The notes below the pieces were generated by a model. That model saw nothing but the letters and a program-made list of their open reading frames with translations, searched no databases and was not told where the DNA came from. A program made the position numbers and the translations under genes. This document shows, one piece after another, positions 58,751 to 64,000 of a stretch of 64,000 bases of DNA. The stretch covers positions 14,012,001-14,076,000 of the forward strand of contig JBHGNT010000002.1 of the NCBI GenBank assembly GCA_043228905.1, written 5' to 3'. The first letter of the stretch is position 1; each line of letters begins with the position of its first letter. The DNA is from Azolla caroliniana (lineage: Eukaryota; Plantae; Polypodiophyta).

Positions 58751-59659
58751 TCCTTGTTGTAAGACTATTTTGGTCACATCCTAGGATATTAGCATCATTT
58801 CCATGGAATTATCTCACAAATAACCCACACACGAGTTAACATGCAAGCTTTAAAACCTTACATGTGGCAACCCAAACATGCAACCTCTTTCCACATTACA
58901 ATAAGATATATCCTCTCTAATTCTTTACATTTGTTAGATGTCCCATTCAACCCCTACAATAACACATTCTATCTAACTATTTATAGTAGTTAAATGTAAC
59001 ATTTAGGGGTCATGATATTCTCCCCTCTTATTGTTAAGTTCAACTTTGGGAGGGCTTGTATGGATAGTAACGATGGACCTCATGGACCACATCATAAGTG
59101 TATTGGTGACAATTTTCAAGTGTCCTTTGATAATAAATAAACTTTTCACAAAATGAAATAATGGAAAATGTCTTGATGTGGCAAGTGCGACAAGAGGAAA
59201 ACAGTACAATGTTGAGTTTGCAATAGATTAAGTTTCCACTTAACACTACAACAGAATAGCCTATTAAGGATGCCAAAACAAGTCATTAATGGTGTTGCTT
59301 ACGTACCATTGCTCTATGATATGGTTAGCAAATGTTTTGTAGCTACATCGCTAAGCGGTGCCCATCAAGTGTCGCGTAACAACATTAAATGACTATGTTT
59401 TAGCCTATAAATAGTGTAACATTCTCTCATTCTTGACTCCCATACTCTTGTGCACTCACTCACTCACTCACTCACTCACTCACTCACTCTCTCACTCACT
59501 CCTACACCCTCCTCCTCCTTGAGACAACAAAATAGCCTGTTAAGGATGCCAAAACAAGTCAAAAAACATTTTCCTCTTGTTGCACCCGCAAAAAACATTT
59601 TCTTACAAAGTTTCTACAAGTTAAGAAACAAACGCCCTACACCCTCCTTCTCCTTGAGA

Positions 59660-60476
59660 CGGGATTGCTTCCATTGAGATCATGGCCATGGAAAGGGTTG
59701 TTGAATACATGCTTAAGGTTAAAAAAAGTCCCTCACATCGACTTCCTAGAATTGCATGGGAAGCAAGCAAAAAGATCCAAAAGACACACAAAAGCAAAAT
59801 TTTGTGTTCCGGTTGGATGCAAGATATAGAAAAATGGTTTGGTAGATGGGATGCAAGACACTTGCTTCATGATGCATTACTAGATTCCTCTGTAAATGAG
59901 GCCTTTTTGCAATGCCAATGTATCATGGCATGGGACAACTGTGGAGGCTCACGCTTCACACATTATACTACACATGTTGCACCTAATTACAAAACCATAT
60001 TCTTTGTGAAACGGGGAAACTGTACACATCGATACATGTTAGAACCCATACCGTTATTTGTCATTCGAACCATTGCTTCCATGTGACTTAGCTCACATGC
60101 ATTGCGATGTGAGACAAGGCGTTGGGGCACAAATGATGAGAGTGGTCGGTAATGCACACTTTGCCCTAAACAAGTTCGTGAGTCTGAGTATCACACTTTG
60201 ATACAATGCTTTGCCTTTGATCATATTCAACCATGCTTTCCACATCTCTTCAACTTAGCCCAATCCTTGCATGAATTCCTCTCACAACCACAATGTGCAC
60301 TCTCGATTGCAACATTCATTGGTAAAGTTCTTGAACATCGAGAGTCACTACTCACTTTCACACGTATCATGTGAAATGTAATACTTTTGTTCTCATAGGT
60401 CATATTTGACCTCTAAAGATGATAATATAATATATTTATCTATCTATCTATCTCACTCACTCACTCACTCACTCAC

Positions 60477-60510
<34 letters not shown>
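59660..60510 (+). mobile_element. 5'-truncated non-LTR retrotransposon (LINE, RTEX/CR1/L2-like C-terminus) with a microsatellite tail
   Basis: RLPRIAW...WMQDI...LSSHALRCE..RW...CTLC....ESEYHTLIQC, then (TATC)n(TCAC)n(TC)n. Confidence 0.7.
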
Positions 60511-60515
<5 letters not shown>

Positions 60516-60516
60516 C

Positions 60517-60702
60517 TGAGCCCAATCCTTGCATGAATTCCTCTCAAAACCACAATGTGCACTCTCGATTGCAACATTCATTGGTAAAGTTCTTGAACAT
60601 CGAGAGTCATTACTCACTTTCACACGTATCACGTGAAATGTAATATTTTTGGTCTCCTAGGTCATATTTGACCTCTGAACACGATAATATAATCTCTCTC
60701 TC
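60517..60702 (+). repeat. Second short copy of the LINE 3' end
   Basis: Repeats 60257-60432. Confidence 0.85.
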
Positions 60703-61512
60703 TAAAGCTCTTGCTCACTCTTGCTCTCACACTCACCCTCGGTCTCCGTTTTACAGTTCTACTTGATCACACTTACAACAAAAAATGTCACTAGGTAACT
60801 GTCATTATATAAACAATTTGACATATAAAAATATGAAACACAATTGAATGAGGAAAATTTTGTATTTTTCTTTCCTTGAAAGATTTTCTTCAATAGTATT
60901 AAGCAAAAACACCCGAAGGCTACAACTTGAAGTCATCTGCCGAGAAGCTTATAACATTTTATGTACAATGATGTATAGTTATCCTAAGACGAAATATAGA
61001 AACTTGTAAAGGTTGTTGAAACTTGATGATATACACTGCCATGGTGTACTAATATTCAAGAAAGGGTTCATGGAAGTCAATAATTCCATTGAGGCTCATG
61101 ATCTGACACTACAAAGAGGGGCAACTTTCACATAAGTGAAGAAACCTTCTTCCTTCTCTTATTAACATTCTCTTGAGAACCATGCATATTGTCATACTGA
61201 CCATCGACTATCGCCAACAAATTCTCCCATATCTCAACCAATACATCTGAGAGACCAACTTTTGTTGCATCATAAGGTTGGTTACATTCACATTTCTATA
61301 ATGCCCATAACATTAATGTTATGTACACATAACGTAGGTGAGGGTAGGTCACTAATACATACATAAGTGAAGGGTATGTTCACTAATGTTAAAAAGGGGA
61401 CTAATGTGATTGGATAGAAGGAATGATAGGTGCTTGCACTATCATGATTTGGACAACCAATGAATGGAGAGCCTTTTAGAAAGGCACATCTATTCAAGGG
61501 GCCTAAGAAGAG

Positions 61513-61916
61513 TGTTGAGAATCAAGCTCAATCTAATCTAGTGTGTGAACACCCTTTGAGAATCTATAAGCACTCAAAGGTCAAAAGTCACCACTACTCT
61601 CTACACATTAACTATGTGTCAAAGAATCATATTCTACGACACATAACTAATGAGTTCCATATTCCCCATGACTAATGAGTCTTCACATTCTCCAAGGTTC
61701 TCGAGAGAAAGTCGACATTGTAGCGAGTTAAATTAAGAGAGAGGACCGTGACCTTATATATGGCACCCTCCTCTTACTAGTGTCGGTTGTTAATCCTTGT
61801 AATGCTACATTTTTGTACTAAATATTCTCTTTGTTAATATACACCTTCTTCTTGAGTACTTCATTTTCTCTTATCTATCTTGTGTCTCTCTTCTCTTCTC
61901 TTCTCTCCTCTCTTCT

Positions 61917-61953
<37 letters not shown>

Positions 61954-61955
61954 GA
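61513..61955 (+). repeat. H-family Copia LTR (truncated or solo)
   Basis: tgttgagaatcaagctcaa... matches 46147-46540. Confidence 0.85.
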
Positions 61956-62499
61956 CAACTATTTGGAAATGAATCGTCAATCGACAAGAAAACAAATACA
62001 TTGAAATACACAACTCTGAAACACAGAAAACAATGTACATAGATTTAACATGGAAACCCTAAAACGGTAGAAAACCATAGAGAACGGAGCTTCACTATAC
62101 AATGTATATACAATGATGAGATTAGAGTACAACACTCTCTACACAAAGTGTAAACAACCTCATAGGGCTCTTGGCATATGCTGTTACTCAACACAACCAT
62201 GGCGCCACTCACTCTCTCTCTCTCTCTCTCCTCACGTTCATGCTCTTCACTATTTTCCTACATATCCAACTATTTTCCCTAAGTGTATTTATACTTATAC
62301 CCTGTATGGGCTATTTACAAATGTAGCCACTACTACTATCATTCCTATTATTATCTAATATTAATAATAGTCTCACTAATTAGCCGACTCATCCGTCGAC
62401 TGTTGGGTCGGTTCGACTAGTCGGCCTGGTCATCGATCATCCGATCGGCCTGACTAGTTGGTTATGTCTTCGACCTCAATCAACTCTCTCTCTCTCTCC

Positions 62500-63721
62500 G
62501 AAGACCCAACCATGAATATTCCTTGGATACAACGATGATGAGTTCGGATATCGAGTATGGGATTTGGTCGACAAGAAGGTGTTCCAGAGTCGGGATATAG
62601 TCTTCATGGAAGAGAGGACCATTGCCGACTGGGAGTCGGAGAAGAAGGTGAAGAACTCCGGATCATCAAATGAAAACCGGTTTGAGGACACAAGGACCTA
62701 CCCGGTTGAAAACCGAAAGATGGCCGGTAACAGATTGACACTCAATGAACCAACAGAATTCGGACAAGAAATCGAACCAGCCGAAGAAGAAGAGAAAGAA
62801 GACACCAGAACCAGACAAGATCATGAATCAGATTCAGATAAGGAACAAACGGAGGAACCGGTTGCCGAAGACCAAAGAAGGAGATACCCTCTCAGGGAGA
62901 GAAGAGCCCCCTGGAGATTTCTAGATGCAGAGCACGTATTGTTGACCGATGAGGGGGAGCCGGAAAGCTTTGAAAAAGCAAAAAAAGACACCCACAGCCG
63001 CAAGTGGTTGAGTGCCATGCAAGACAAGATGGATTCCTTGCATGAGACCCACACATACGAATTGACGGAGATGCCGAAAGGAAAGAGGGCACTTCGGAAT
63101 AAGTGGGTGTACAAGCTGAAATCGGGAGACACCGAAAATCCACCAAGGTACAAGGCCTGGATCGTAGTGAAGGGTTTCCAGTAGAAGAAAGGTAGAGCAA
63201 CTAGATGGACCTCGAGGTAGAGCATGGACCTCGAGGTAGAGCAATTGGATGTCAAGAAGGCACTCCTACATGGTGACCTTCAAGAAGATATCTACATGCA
63301 TCAACTGGAAGGATTTGAGAAGAAAGGGAAGGAGCATTTGGTGTGCTGGTTGAAGAAGAGCTTGTACGGATTGAAGCAAGCTCCACGACAATGGTCCTGG
63401 AAGTTCGACTCCTTCATGACCCACCAAGAAAAATCCGGAAAGCAAAATCCGAAGACAAAGGCAGAGAAGTCAGATATCACGAATATACCATATGCCTCTG
63501 CCGTCGAAAGCCTAATGTATGCAATGGTGTCCACCCGGCCGGATATTGCATATGCTGTCGGAGTAGTCAACCGGTTTATGAGCAATCCCGAAAAAGAGCA
63601 CTGGAACACGGTCAAGTGGATACTCCGGTACTTGAAAGGCACCTCGAGTATGTGCCTCCAGTTTGGCTCAGGTAAACACCAACTTGACGGATTCATGGAT
63701 TCGGATATGTCGGTTAATGCG
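62500..63721 (+). pseudogene. Copia (Tork/Tnt1-like) INT-RT remnant with deletions
   Basis: [64 protein letters not shown]. Confidence 0.85.
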
Positions 63722-64000
63722 TGTAAAGAATCAAGAGATGGATTCTTGTGAAGTGGAAGAGATATGAGTTATGTGTGTGTATGAGAGAGAGAGAGAGTGA
63801 GAGAGAGACAAGGAATAAGACATAGAGAATATGCAAGGTAAAAGTATATAAACAAAGGAGAAAGACTCAACTCAATACAAGGTGGGAGGAGGGTGCTTTA
63901 TATAGTCACCCTCTCTCTTCATTAACTACAAGACTCATGGAGCATGGGGAATGTGAAAGCTCATAAGTTATATGTCATAGAATATGATTCTATGACTCAT
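63722..64000 (-). repeat. H-family Copia LTR running off the window end
   Basis: The reverse complement matches 46250-46571 (...gattctttaca). Confidence 0.8.

Noticed and set aside
55350-59400. Short ORFs in the AT-rich spacer (e.g. 57033-57224)
   Set aside because: No recognisable domain or terminal repeats; may be very old TE debris but cannot be supported.

Overview
Plant genomic DNA. The mix of Tcn1-type, fungal-like and Athila/Tat-group Gypsy elements plus a Penelope-type hammerhead suggests a seed-free land plant such as a fern (inference). Positions 1-48.2 kb are a nest of LTR retrotransposons. An old Athila/Tat-group Gypsy (A, <1-40588) contains a non-autonomous tRNA-Trp-primed element (B, itself holding a solo LTR), a scrambled Copia (D) and a Copia (E, 11814-39237). 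E contains a very young intact relative of A (F, 14604-25095, three apparently identical LTRs) and a fungal-like Gypsy (C), which in turn contains a self-priming Tcn1-type chromovirus (I). More fragments follow (G, H, J), including an insertion with a minimal type I hammerhead ribozyme. Two convergent host genes lie at 48.9-55.3 kb: an intronless EDR2-C/DUF1336 gene (+) and a 3-exon AVT1-like amino-acid transporter (-). AT-rich spacer, a LINE 3' end and Copia debris fill the rest. The most striking observation is that elements A and F have no polypurine tract. At the PPT position both carry a CCA-ended copy of a tRNA-Arg 3' half with a covarying hairpin inserted in the T-loop, i.e. a second, inverted primer-binding site. 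This suggests tRNA priming of both strands. All comparisons were made by eye and tRNA sequences are recalled from memory, so they need computational confirmation.
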